A stretch of DNA of 64,000 nucleotides from an uncultured bacterium (GTDB lineage Bacteria > Krumholzibacteriota > Krumholzibacteriia > JACNKJ01), in assembly GCA_963695095.1 (NCBI GenBank), contig CAVOFT010000001.1, positions 128,001 to 192,000 of the forward strand, given 5' to 3'. The position numbers and the translations under genes are program-made. Under the pieces are notes generated by a model. The model was not told the origin of the DNA, ran no database searches, and saw nothing but the letters and a program-made list of their open reading frames with translations. Position 1 is the stretch's first letter. Each line of letters starts with the position of its first letter. Positions 11,273 through 20,736 of this stretch are shown here, one piece after another.

Positions 11273-11922
11273 TCCTCGAACTCCTTGGCCAGATGGGCCC
11301 GCAGCATGAGGCGGGCGCGATGGAGGCGGCTCTTCACGGCGGGCACCGACAGCTCGAGCAGCTCGCCGATCTCCTGGCGGCTGCGACCTTCCATGTCCGC
11401 CAGCACGAGAACGCTCTGGTAGTCGTCGGGCATTTCGGCGATGGCCTGGCGCACCATGCGGCGGGTCTGCTCGCGCTCGGTATCGAGGACGGCCCCGCGC
11501 CAGCGCCCGACAGGATTGATGTGGTGGCCCTGGGCGTCGAAGCCGAGCAGGGGGTCGGCCCAGGCCTGCTCCGGCCGCCGCCCCAGGGAGCGCCGGCGCA
11601 TCAGCGAGAGATTCAGCCCCAGCTTGTAGACCCAGGTGCCCAGGCTCGAGCGCCCCTCGAACTGGGCGATGCTGTCCAAGAGCCGGATGAAGGTGTCCTG
11701 GGTGACCTCTTCGGCGTCCTCGACGCTGCCGGTGATCTTGAGGGCGAGCTGGTAGATGCGCTGCTGGTGCTCGCTGAGCACGCTGCGCAGGGCGGCCTCG
11801 TCGCGGGCGGCCAGGCGGTCCAGGAGCTTGCGCTCCGCCTCGCTGAGGCGCGCCTCGATGCTGGGGCTGGGCCCCTTGGCCGAGCCCTCCCCTGCCTGCG
11901 TCCAGCTTATGAAAAGCAGCAT
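11269..11922 (-). CDS. ECF RNA polymerase sigma factor
   Basis: Region 2 'DAEEVTQDTFIR...FEGRSSLGTWVY'; region 4 'EIGELLELSVPAVKSRLHRAR'; start codon uncertain. Confidence 0.9.
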   Translation of the reverse strand: MLLFISWTQAGEGSAKGPSPSIEARLSEAERKLLDRLAARDEAALRSVLSEHQQRIYQLALKITGSVEDAEEVTQDTFIRLLDSIAQFEGRSSLGTWVYKLGLNLSLMRRRSLGRRPEQAWADPLLGFDAQGHHINPVGRWRGAVLDTEREQTRRMVRQAIAEMPDDYQSVLVLADMEGRSRQEIGELLELSVPAVKSRLHRARLMLRAHLAKEFEE

Positions 11923-12054
11923 GCGGCCATTGAATGCGCTCGCGGCGTCCATCTCAAGCACTTTCATCGAGATCGCGGGAAGAGGGCCTCTCTATCCTGT
12001 CCGCATCGGATGCTCGGCGGGGCGGCGGAGATTCCGGCTCTCTCCGCCAGGAAG

Positions 12055-13212
12055 CTAGGTTAGCAGGGGCTGGATGACCGCCACGAGCAGGGTCACGGCC
12101 TGATCGATCTCCGCCGGCTTGCTCATGCGGCCGAGGCTGAGGCGCAGGGTGCCCCGCGCCCAGGCCGGCTCCAGGCCCATCGCGGCCAGCACGGCCGAGA
12201 GCTTGCCGCCCTCGGCGTTGCAGGCGGCGCCAGGGCTGGCCGCGAGCTTGTCGCCCAGTTGGGCCAGGAGCTCACCGGCTTCGAGACCATGGAAGGAGAC
12301 GCTGAGCGTGCCCGGCAGACAGGCGCGGGGGCGGCTTTCCGCAAGGCCGTTGACCCGCATCCACCGCTCGTCGAAGTGCTGGCGCAGGCCGGCCAGCAGC
12401 CGGCCCCGCAGCTCGCGGCAGCGGGCCATCTCCTCCTCGAGCTGGCCGGCCGCCAGGCGCGCGGCCTCGCCGAGGCCGACGATGCCCGGCACGTTCTCGG
12501 TGCCCGCCCGGCGCCCGTCCTCCTGGCTCGCGCCCAGATGGAGGGCCGGCAGCGTCCGGCCTCGCCGCTGGTAGAGCGCGCCCACGCCCTTGGGGGCATA
12601 GAACTTGTGCCCGGCCAGGCTCAGGTAGTCCACGTCCAGGTGCGTCACGTCCACGGGGATCTTGCCGACCGCCTGGGCCGCATCGCAGTGCATGGGCACC
12701 CCGCGGGCCCGGCAGCGGGCGGCCAGCTCGGCGATCGGCTGCAGGGTGCCCACTTCGTTGTTGGCGAGCATCACCGAGACCAGGGCCGTCTCCTCGTCGA
12801 GGGCGGCCTCCAGATCGCCGACGTGGACGGCGCCCCCCGCATCCACGGGCAGCAGGCTGAGCCGCCATCCCTGCGCCGCCAGGCGGCGCGCGGGCTCCAT
12901 CACGGCGGGGTGCTCGACCGCGCTCACGATGAGGTGCCGCCGCTCGGGCGGGGCGGCGGCGGCCAGGCCGAAGATCGCCGTGTTGTTGGCCTCGGTGCCG
13001 CCGCTCGTGAAGAGGATCTCTTCGGGCGCGGCGCCCAGCAGCGCCGCGACTTCGCCGCGCGCCCGCTCGACAGCTGCGCGGGCCCGCCGACCCAGCGCAT
13101 GCGCGCTGGACGGATTGGCGTAGTTTTCCTGGAGGGTGTCCAGCAAGGCTGCCGCCACCCGCGGATCCACGGGCGTCGTGGCATTATAGTCCAGATACAG
13201 GAATTCCCGCAT
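12055..13212 (-). CDS. cysteine desulfurase, IscS/NifS family
   Basis: 'YLDYNATTP', 'NPSS.H', 'FTSGGTEANN', 'ANNEVGTLQP', 'AGHKFYAPKGVG', 'RAGTENV', catalytic loop 'SPGAAC'. Confidence 0.92.
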   Translation of the reverse strand: MREFLYLDYNATTPVDPRVAAALLDTLQENYANPSSAHALGRRARAAVERARGEVAALLGAAPEEILFTSGGTEANNTAIFGLAAAAPPERRHLIVSAVEHPAVMEPARRLAAQGWRLSLLPVDAGGAVHVGDLEAALDEETALVSVMLANNEVGTLQPIAELAARCRARGVPMHCDAAQAVGKIPVDVTHLDVDYLSLAGHKFYAPKGVGALYQRRGRTLPALHLGASQEDGRRAGTENVPGIVGLGEAARLAAGQLEEEMARCRELRGRLLAGLRQHFDERWMRVNGLAESRPRACLPGTLSVSFHGLEAGELLAQLGDKLAASPGAACNAEGGKLSAVLAAMGLEPAWARGTLRLSLGRMSKPAEIDQAVTLLVAVIQPLLT

Positions 13213-13415
13213 TTGCCGTTCCCCCCGGTCAGGCGGCGCTAGATTAGGACTTGCCGGCGTCGCTGCCTACGAAAATTCGTAACCCCCCGTCCGGAAGGGC
13301 GGCCAGCCTCTCGCTTGACGCCTTGCGGGCCATCTAATCCGCGATGATGTTAGGACTTGCGGAATTGCCCGCCAAGCTGCAGCCTGGAGGGGCGCCCAGC
13401 TCCCGGAGGTTCCCG

Positions 13416-13721
13416 ATGGCCCACATCGTCACCGGCAACTGCGAAAACTGCCGCTTCACCGACTGCGTCACCGTCTGCCCGGTGGACTGCTTCCACGGCG
13501 ACGAGAAGATGCTCTACATCGACCCCGAGGAGTGCATCGACTGCGCGGCCTGCGTGGAGGAGTGCCCGGTCCAGGCGATCTACGCCGAGGACGACGTGCC
13601 CGCCGGTGAGCAGCAGTGGATCGCCATCAACGCCGAGCGGGCGCCCGGCCTGCCCGTGGTCAACGAAAAGCAGGATCCCCTGCCCGGCGCCGATGCGCGC
13701 AAGAAGGACCTCGGGCTCTAG
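13416..13721 (+). CDS. 7Fe (FdxA-type) ferredoxin
   Basis: 'CENCRFTDCVTVCPVDCF...YIDPEECIDCAACVEECPVQAI'; GGAGG RBS. Confidence 0.92.
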   Translation: MAHIVTGNCENCRFTDCVTVCPVDCFHGDEKMLYIDPEECIDCAACVEECPVQAIYAEDDVPAGEQQWIAINAERAPGLPVVNEKQDPLPGADARKKDLGL

Positions 13722-15091
13722 TCGATCTCCTGGATCAGGAAGCGGTGCTTGCCGATGCGCGTCTTCTCGATGCGCTCGACATGCTCCACGCTGAGCTTGA
13801 CCCCCGGCCCGCAGTGCTTCTCCAGCGCCGCCAGGATGCGCCGCTCCTCGCTCTCGTCGTAGCGCGGGCCGGGCACCACCTTGAGCAGCGCTTCGCCGGC
13901 CAGCTTCTGGTGGAACTGGAACTGGTCCACGGCCACGAAGAGATCGTCGTGGCGGTTGATGCTCGTCATCGAGATGCGGCGGCCGTCGGCGGCCACGAGC
14001 AGCTCTTGCAGACGGCCGTCCGGGCGCCCGATCAGCGGGAAGGGCAGGCCGCAGGAGCAGCGCCGCGCCGTGTAGACCGCGCGGTCGCCGGTGCGATAGC
14101 GGATGAGCGGGAAGTAGTCGTGGAGCAGCGTCGTGCCCACGACCTCGCCGACGGCGCCCTCCTCGGTGACCGGCCGGCCGGCCTCGTCGATCAGCTCCAG
14201 CACGCCGTACTCGCTGAAGACGTGATAGCCCTCCCCCGCGGGGCACTGCGCGGCGGCCACGACGCGCTCGCTGTGGCCGTAGAGGTCCAGCACCGGCGCC
14301 GCGAAGGCCTGCTCGACGCGGGCGCGCTGGGCGTCGTAGAGGGTTTCGCTGCTGGTGATCACCGCGCGCACGGGCAGCCGCTCGCCGGCCTCCAGGAGCA
14401 AGGCGGCGAAGGCGCTCACGGCCGAGGGATAGCCGCGGAAGATCTCGGGGCGGAAGCTCCTCGCGAGCGGCAACATCCACTGGAAGTTCTCGCGCGTGAG
14501 GTCGTCGCTGCTCAGCGCCAGCGTGTTGCGGCGCCGGTCCTGGCTCCAGAGCGCGCGCTGGCCGTCCTTCTGGCCCGCGCTGCCTGCGCACATCACCTCG
14601 CGGCTGGTGTCGCTGAGGCCCGCCCAGCTGCGGAAGCGCACGACGAAGGCGAACTCCGTCGGGTAGGTGCGCGTCTTGTGCCGGTAGAAGCCGACGGGGA
14701 TGCCGCTGGAACCGCCGGTGCTCGCGTACTGGAGGACCGCGCGATCCTGGCCCTCGGGCACCATGGCCTCCGTGTTGTCCCGCAGCTCCTCCCGGCCGAT
14801 GAAGGGCAGGCGCTCCAGGTCCTCGCGCCGCTTGAAGTCCTCCGGCGCCATGCCGAGCGCGGCGAAGCGCGCCCGCCAGTAGGGCGTGCGCCGCGCGGCG
14901 TCGCGGACCCTCTCCACCAGCTTCGCCTCCTGCCACTCGGCCAGCCGTTCCGGACTCCAGTGCTGGCTGCGCGAGATGAGCCGCCAGGTCTCGGCGAAGG
15001 CGCCGCGGTGCCGCCAGGAGGGCGGCAGCTTCCAGTAGAGGCGGTGACTGAGGCGGTCCGCGGCGAGCGCGGGCACCGGCGGCGCGACCAT
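13718..15091 (-). CDS. phenylacetate-CoA ligase/CapK-family adenylating enzyme
   Basis: 'STGGSSGIP' P-loop, 'FRGYPS', 'DLYGHSE', 'PLIRYRTGD', 'GR...LL..DGR'. Confidence 0.85.
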   Translation of the reverse strand: MVAPPVPALAADRLSHRLYWKLPPSWRHRGAFAETWRLISRSQHWSPERLAEWQEAKLVERVRDAARRTPYWRARFAALGMAPEDFKRREDLERLPFIGREELRDNTEAMVPEGQDRAVLQYASTGGSSGIPVGFYRHKTRTYPTEFAFVVRFRSWAGLSDTSREVMCAGSAGQKDGQRALWSQDRRRNTLALSSDDLTRENFQWMLPLARSFRPEIFRGYPSAVSAFAALLLEAGERLPVRAVITSSETLYDAQRARVEQAFAAPVLDLYGHSERVVAAAQCPAGEGYHVFSEYGVLELIDEAGRPVTEEGAVGEVVGTTLLHDYFPLIRYRTGDRAVYTARRCSCGLPFPLIGRPDGRLQELLVAADGRRISMTSINRHDDLFVAVDQFQFHQKLAGEALLKVVPGPRYDESEERRILAALEKHCGPGVKLSVEHVERIEKTRIGKHRFLIQEID

Positions 15092-15093
15092 GG

Positions 15094-16443
15094 CTAGCGA
15101 CCTCCCCGTGGAATCAGCAGCCTCATCAGGCGGAAGGGCAGGGCCAGCAGGCCGAAGAGGCCGCGGCGCAGCCCGAGCAGCCAGGCCGGCGCCTCGCGCG
15201 CGAAGAGCTGGCCCCAGTGCAGGCGAAAGGTCTCCTCCCGGAACCACCAGCGCAGGGCGCTGGCCAGGTAGCCGGGGCGGCGCTTCAGGTGCATCCAGAT
15301 GCTCGGGTACTGGATGGCCAGGTAGGGCCCGCCCGTGACCCAGAACTTGCTGCAGGGCCGCTCGTGATTCAGCGGATGGCTGCACCAGTCGAGGTTGTCC
15401 AGGGTGAGCGCGGCCTCGGCGGGCGTCTCCAGGCGCACGCGCCAGTCCTCGGTCTGGCGCACGGGCGTGACCCCCAGGCCCGCCACGCCCCGCTCGTCGA
15501 GCTCGATGCGGAACACTGCGTTGTTGCGCTGACTGCGCCGGAAGAGCGCCAGCTCGGCCTGCGAGAGGAAGGGCTCGTAGTCCACGAGCAAGCTGCCCAG
15601 GCTGTAGAAGATGGCCGCCTGGCGCCCGTCCGGGCGCCGCCGCCACTCGATGCCCTGCAGGAAGTGCGGGTGGTGGCCGAGGATCACATCCGCGCCGGCG
15701 TCCACGATGGCGCGGCAGTCGGCCTGGTGCTCCGGCGCCGGAAAGTCCACGAACTCGCGGCCCTTGTGCACGGAGACGAGGATGAGATCCGCCTTCTGGC
15801 GAGCGCGGAGGACATCCTCGATGACGAGCCGGCGGCGCCAGGGGGCGTTGCCGGGGCTCGCCTCGCCGGCGTTGCTGTTCGGATCGTCGGTGGCGTAGGA
15901 GAGCAGGGCGACGGTCATGCCCTTCACCTGCAGCAGGGCCGGCTGGCGCGCGGCGGCCAGGTGGGCGCCGCTGCCGCTGGTCGCGATGCCCGCCTCGGCC
16001 AGGCGCGCCCGCGTGAACTCGATGGGCGCGAGCCCATGGTCCATGGTGTGGTTGCTGGCCAGACAGGCCAGGTTGAAGCCCCCGGCGACGAAGTGCGGGA
16101 TCAGCGCGGGGTCCGTGAGGTAGCTGATGCGCTTGTCCGGCTCCCACATCGTCGCGCCCTCGCGCGGCCCGAAGACCGTCTCGAGCTGGGCGAAGACGAG
16201 GTCGGCGTCCGCCCAGAGCCGTCGCAGCTCGGCGAAGGGATACTCCGGCGCCTGCTCGAGCAGGTGGGCCATGAGGTCCCGCTCCCAGATGATATCGCCC
16301 GAGGCGTAGAGCACGAGGCGCTCGGCGCCGGCCGGGCCGCTGCGGTCCGGCGGCGCGATGCGGCCGCTCGTGCGGTCGAGCCGAAAGCGGGTGGAGCAGT
16401 CCTCGGCGCGAAACCAGCGGGGGACCTTGGCGCTCGCAGGCAA
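15094..16443 (-). CDS. CapA/PgsA-family (poly-gamma-glutamate-associated) metallophosphatase-fold protein
   Basis: 'ASGDII', 'QLET', 'LASNHTMDHG', 'SVHKGRE', 'GADVILGHHPHFLQGIE', 'FYSLG'; start uncertain. Confidence 0.85.
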   Translation of the reverse strand: MPASAKVPRWFRAEDCSTRFRLDRTSGRIAPPDRSGPAGAERLVLYASGDIIWERDLMAHLLEQAPEYPFAELRRLWADADLVFAQLETVFGPREGATMWEPDKRISYLTDPALIPHFVAGGFNLACLASNHTMDHGLAPIEFTRARLAEAGIATSGSGAHLAAARQPALLQVKGMTVALLSYATDDPNSNAGEASPGNAPWRRRLVIEDVLRARQKADLILVSVHKGREFVDFPAPEHQADCRAIVDAGADVILGHHPHFLQGIEWRRRPDGRQAAIFYSLGSLLVDYEPFLSQAELALFRRSQRNNAVFRIELDERGVAGLGVTPVRQTEDWRVRLETPAEAALTLDNLDWCSHPLNHERPCSKFWVTGGPYLAIQYPSIWMHLKRRPGYLASALRWWFREETFRLHWGQLFAREAPAWLLGLRRGLFGLLALPFRLMRLLIPRGGR

Positions 16444-16611
16444 GGCTGGGGGCCTCCGGAATGGGGGGGTAATTGCGCGATCCGCTGTCGGACCGTCGCG
16501 ATGGGCCGCACTCTAGCGCGGCGCGCCCGCCGGGTCACGCGAATCGTGCGCCGCATGGAGGCGGCGGGGCCCCGCGCCGGCAGTACCGGGCAGGCGGCCC
16601 CGGCCCCCTGC

Positions 16612-17203
16612 TCAGGGCCTCGCCAGGCCGATCACCCCGCAGGCGATGCGCGCTCCGGAGTTGCCGGTGGGCTGGGTGCTGAGATCGTCCTCCTCGGCAT
16701 GCACGACCACCGAACGGCCAAGGATGCCGGCGGGGCCATTCAGGCTGAAGTGCGGGCTGAGCCACTCCAGATGCGCCTTGCCGGCGGCATCCGCCACGAG
16801 GTTGCCGAGATCGCCGCGATGGCTCTTGCCCTCGCCGGGCGCGCCGTGGGCCTCGCCGGGGGCCATGTAGTGCGGCCCGGCCGACGTGAAGTCCGCCGCG
16901 CTCAGATCGCCGAACTCGTGGATGTGGAAGCCGTGCTTGCCCGGCGCGAGCCCACCGATGTTCGGCCACGATCTTCACGCCGCCGGGCGTCTGCTCGAAG
17001 GTGACCGTGCCGCGGACCGCAGCGCCGGCCGCCGGCATGAGCACGGCGATGGCCTTGCCGGCCGCCATCGGCGCGGGCGGCGCGCCCTGCGTTCCTCGCT
17101 TGTGCCCGTCCTGGGGCGGCGCCGGCTGGGCGCCGGCCGTGGCGAGGCTCGCGACGAGCAGGCAGGCCGCGAGGCTGAAGGCAAGGGGGAAACGCTCTTT
17201 CAT
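16612..17203 (-). CDS. sodC: Cu/Zn superoxide dismutase, exported (frameshift near 16960)
   Basis: Signal peptide, 'HGFHIHEFGD', 'HRGDLGNL', 'GRSVVVHAEEDD...GNSGARIACGVI'. Confidence 0.92.
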
Positions 17204-17317
17204 GGTTCGAGCTCGCTTTCGGTGAGGGTGCGAAGGCAGAAGCTGGCGGCCAGGCCCCGGGGGACGAGGGGGTCCGCCCGGGGGCAGTCTAGCAGATCGC
17301 TCCGGCGGGCGGCAGGC

Positions 17318-18802
17318 CTAGCGAGCTCGGCGCCCGCGGCTCAGGCGCTCCAGCACGGCGCGCAGCATGCCGCGCGCCGGGGGATCCAGGCCCACGGCCA
17401 GCGCGCCATAGACGGCAATGCCCACCGGCACCCGCAGGGCCAGGGTGAGCGCATGGTTCTCGCTGGCCGGCACGGCGCGCACGGCGAGGTACATGGCCGC
17501 GCCGGCGAGGGTGTAGACGGCGAAGCTGCGCAGCGGGAAGCGCAGGCGCAGGAAGCGCTGGCTGAAGAGGCCGCCGCCGAAGACGTAGACTGCATAGGCG
17601 ATCAAGGTCGTGATCGCGGCGCCGACCATGCCCATCGCGGGGATCATCACCCAGTTCAGGCCCAGGTTGAGCAAGGCGGCCACCGCGAGGAAGAGGGCCA
17701 GCCAGCCCGTGCGCTTGGTGAGGAAGAGGCCGGCGAGGAAGGGATAGTAGGCGCCCTGGATCACCTTCGCCCCCAGCACCCAGGGAATCACCTCGGCGGC
17801 GGGCAGGTACTTGGCGCTGGCCAGCAGCCCGATCAGCTCCTCGGCCACGGCGCTGACGCCGAAGAGCACGGGCAGCGCGACGAGGCTGTAGTAGCGCAGG
17901 AAGCTCTCCAGGCTGGCGCGGGCGCTGTCGGGGCCCTCTTCGTTCCAGACGTTCATCGTCACGGGAATGAGGGCGCTGTTGAGGGCCGAGACGAGAAACA
18001 TCGTCACGTAGTTGGCCATGTTGTAGCCGGCCGTGTAGAGCCCCAGCTCTGCCTCGCTGCGGAAATAGCTGAGCAGGTAGCGGTCGCCCCAGTCGGTGAC
18101 GAAGCCCGAGACGTTGAGTCCCAGCAGCGGCAGGCCGTAGAGCATGGACTCCCTGACCACGGGCAGGTTCAGGACGCGCCAGCGCCAGTCCAGGCGCCGC
18201 AGCGCATAGACCAGGCAATAGAGGAAGATCAGCCCTTCGGCCAGGAGCGTGCCCGTGAAGAAGCCGGTCAGGCCCCAGCCGAAGACGGCGGCGAAGAGCA
18301 GGGGCACGCCCATGGCCAGGTAGCGCTCGGCCAGGATGATGCCCGAGCGCAAGACGGCGCGCTCCTGGCTCTGCACGATGCTGAGCACCATCTGCGTGAG
18401 GTTGCGAAAGAGGATGAGCCCCGCGCAGAGGGCGATGAGCCGCCGCGCCTCGCTGGTCAGCAGGCCTTCGGGGATGAAGACCACCAGCAGGAAGAGCAGG
18501 CTGATCGCCGTGCCGATGAGGACGCTGGCGCTGAGCATCGACGAGGCGAGAGCGCCGGTGCCGCCCGGGCGCTTGCCGGCCTTGTACTCGCCCCAGAGCC
18601 GGACCACCGCCGGCCGCAGGCCCATGCCGCTCAAGGTGCTGGCGAACTTGAAGGTGCTGTCGACCAGGCCGAGGACGCCGTACTGGGCCTGGCTGAAGAT
18701 GCGCGTGAAAATCGGGAAGGAGATGAAGCCCGTCAGGGATGAGAGCGTCTCCGCCACGACATAGAAAGAGGCCTGGCGGCCCACGCGCTTGAGGACGGAC
18801 AC
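17318..18802 (-). CDS. Wzx-like oligosaccharide flippase
   Basis: About 14 TM segments; 'PIFTRIFSQAQYG', 'GDRYLLSYF...ELGLYTAGY', 'GMVGAAITT'; GTG start with GGAG RBS. Confidence 0.85.
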   Translation of the reverse strand: MSVLKRVGRQASFYVVAETLSSLTGFISFPIFTRIFSQAQYGVLGLVDSTFKFASTLSGMGLRPAVVRLWGEYKAGKRPGGTGALASSMLSASVLIGTAISLLFLLVVFIPEGLLTSEARRLIALCAGLILFRNLTQMVLSIVQSQERAVLRSGIILAERYLAMGVPLLFAAVFGWGLTGFFTGTLLAEGLIFLYCLVYALRRLDWRWRVLNLPVVRESMLYGLPLLGLNVSGFVTDWGDRYLLSYFRSEAELGLYTAGYNMANYVTMFLVSALNSALIPVTMNVWNEEGPDSARASLESFLRYYSLVALPVLFGVSAVAEELIGLLASAKYLPAAEVIPWVLGAKVIQGAYYPFLAGLFLTKRTGWLALFLAVAALLNLGLNWVMIPAMGMVGAAITTLIAYAVYVFGGGLFSQRFLRLRFPLRSFAVYTLAGAAMYLAVRAVPASENHALTLALRVPVGIAVYGALAVGLDPPARGMLRAVLERLSRGRRAR

Positions 18803-18916
18803 GGCGGCTCCGGGACTGGGGACTGGGGGCGCGCGAGGTCGAGGCAGCCTAGGAGTGCCGACTGCCGCCGTCAATGCCTGCTTTGGCGCCGCGGCTCCGC
18901 GGCCGCGCCGCTCCCG

Positions 18917-19852
18917 CTAGGCCTTCGCCTCCTCGGCCTCCAGCAGGCGCTCGGCCTCGATGGCCGCCATGCAGCCGCTGCCCGCGGCGGTGACGGCCTG
19001 GCGGTAGACCTTGTCCTGCACGTCGCCGCAGGCGAACACCCCGGGCCGGTTCGTGCGCGTGTGATCGGCCTTGAGGTAGCCGGCCTCGTCCATGTCGAGC
19101 TGGCCCTTGAAGATCTCGGTGTTGGGCTTGTGGCCGATGGCAATGAAGACGCCGTCGCAGGTGAGCTCGCTGATCTCGCCAGTCTTCGTGTCCTTGAGGC
19201 GGATGCCGGTGACGGCGCCGCCGTCCCCGGCGAGGATGTCCTCGACCGCCTTGTTCCAGACGAACTCGATCTTCGGATTGTTCAGGGCGCGATCCTGCAT
19301 GATCTTGCTCGCGCGCAGCTGATCGCGACGGTGCACGACGCGCACGCGCTTGCCGAAGCGGGTGAGGAAGGTGGCCTCCTCCATCGCCGTGTCGCCGCCG
19401 CCCACGACGACGATCTCCTTGTCCTTGTAGAAGAAGCCGTCGCAGGTGGCGCAGGCGCTAACCCCGCGGCCCATGAGCCGCGACTCGCTGGGGAGGCCGA
19501 GCAGCCGCGCCGAGGCGCCCGTGGCGATGATCAGCGTCTTCGCGCTCAGCTCGCGGCTGCCCACCCAGAGGCGGTAGGGGCGGCTGGACAGGTCGATGCG
19601 GTCCACGTCGCCGGCGACGAACTCGGTGCCGAAGCGCGCGGCCTGCTTGCGGAAGTTGTCCATCATCTCGGGGCCGAGGATGCCGTCGGGGAAACCGGGG
19701 TAGTTCTCCACGTCCGTGGTGATCGTCAACTGGCCGCCGGCCTGCAGGCCTTCGATGACCAGGGGGGCAAGTTCCGCCCGGGCGGCATAGATGGCGGCCG
19801 TGAGTCCGGCCGGGCCGGTACCGATGATGATCACATTCCGCGGATTGTCCAT
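18917..19852 (-). CDS. trxB: thioredoxin-disulfide reductase
   Basis: '[14 protein letters not shown]', 'VSACATCDG', '[10 protein letters not shown]', '[11 protein letters not shown]'. Confidence 0.97.
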   Translation of the reverse strand: MDNPRNVIIIGTGPAGLTAAIYAARAELAPLVIEGLQAGGQLTITTDVENYPGFPDGILGPEMMDNFRKQAARFGTEFVAGDVDRIDLSSRPYRLWVGSRELSAKTLIIATGASARLLGLPSESRLMGRGVSACATCDGFFYKDKEIVVVGGGDTAMEEATFLTRFGKRVRVVHRRDQLRASKIMQDRALNNPKIEFVWNKAVEDILAGDGGAVTGIRLKDTKTGEISELTCDGVFIAIGHKPNTEIFKGQLDMDEAGYLKADHTRTNRPGVFACGDVQDKVYRQAVTAAGSGCMAAIEAERLLEAEEAKA

Positions 19853-20030
19853 GCTCTCGATTCCTCCCGGTCCCAGGGGCTAGTTTTTCGGGTCTCGCAG
19901 CCCGCAAACTACCTGCTGCGCTGCCCTGGCGCAAGGGCGGCGCTCGGCCCGCGCGCCAGCCTAGTGGCTCGGAACCCGCGGCCCCACCAGATCTTGGGTA
20001 GGGGAGCTAAGCGACGCAGAGGCAAGGACC

Positions 20031-20128
20031 TGTGGACAAGCCAACTTTATCGCCATGAGGTCCTGAATCTAAGCGATTGATTTGGAATTGGCTGCGGAGA
20101 TATCCACGGATCGTGGGAGTTTTCCACA
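20031..20128. promoter_or_regulatory. non-oriC DnaA-box cluster with an IHF consensus site
   Basis: TGTGGACAA 20031-39 (rc TTGTCCACA), TAAGCGATTGATT 20070-82 (exact YAANNNNTTGATW), ATATCCACG 20100-08, TTTTCCACA 20120-28. Confidence 0.6.
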
Positions 20129-20228
20129 GGGTGGCCGCCCCGTCAGAGCGCTGGACCCGAGGCTGGAAGGAAAGCGGGCCGGTCAGCCCGGCCCGCTTCC
20201 ATGTCTCCGCGCCTCGCCCGCGAGGGGG

Positions 20229-20678
20229 CTAGCGATTGACCAGTTCTTGATCGGGCTTCTTCTCGGCCATCGGCACCCCGGAGGCGGGCTTCGCCGTCGG
20301 CGCGCCCACGGGCTTCTCGCCCATCTTGCAGTTGCCCTCGAAGAAGACGCCTTCGTCGATGACCAGGCGCTTCGTGATGATATCTCCCTCGAGGTGGCTG
20401 CCCGACTGCAGCTCGATCCGGGAGCTGGCGTTGATGTTGCCGAAGACTTTCCCGGCGATCACGGCATCCCGCACCTTGAGGTTGGCGCGCACCATGCCGG
20501 TGCGGCCGACTTCCAGGGTTTCCTGGCACTCGACTTCCCCGTCGAATTCCCCTTCGACCCGCAGGGTCCCCTTGACCCTGATGGTGCCCTTGAAGTGGCT
20601 GCCGGCACCGAGGATGGAAGCATTGCCGCCGCCCGAGGCGGGGCGGCCAGGCACGTTTTCCTCGTCGCGTCCGAACAT
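20229..20678 (-). CDS. bactofilin (polymer-forming cytoskeletal protein, DUF583)
   Basis: 'SILGAGSHFKGTI...LRVEGEFDGEV...IAGKVFGNI...LEGDIITKRLVIDEGVFFEGNCKM'; AAGGAGG RBS before ATG 20678. Confidence 0.92.
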   Translation of the reverse strand: MFGRDEENVPGRPASGGGNASILGAGSHFKGTIRVKGTLRVEGEFDGEVECQETLEVGRTGMVRANLKVRDAVIAGKVFGNINASSRIELQSGSHLEGDIITKRLVIDEGVFFEGNCKMGEKPVGAPTAKPASGVPMAEKKPDQELVNR

Positions 20679-20736
20679 GCTGTCCTCCTTGTTGCCCATT
20701 GGAGAGGCCTTTCCTGAAGCTAGTCGTTCCGTGGAT

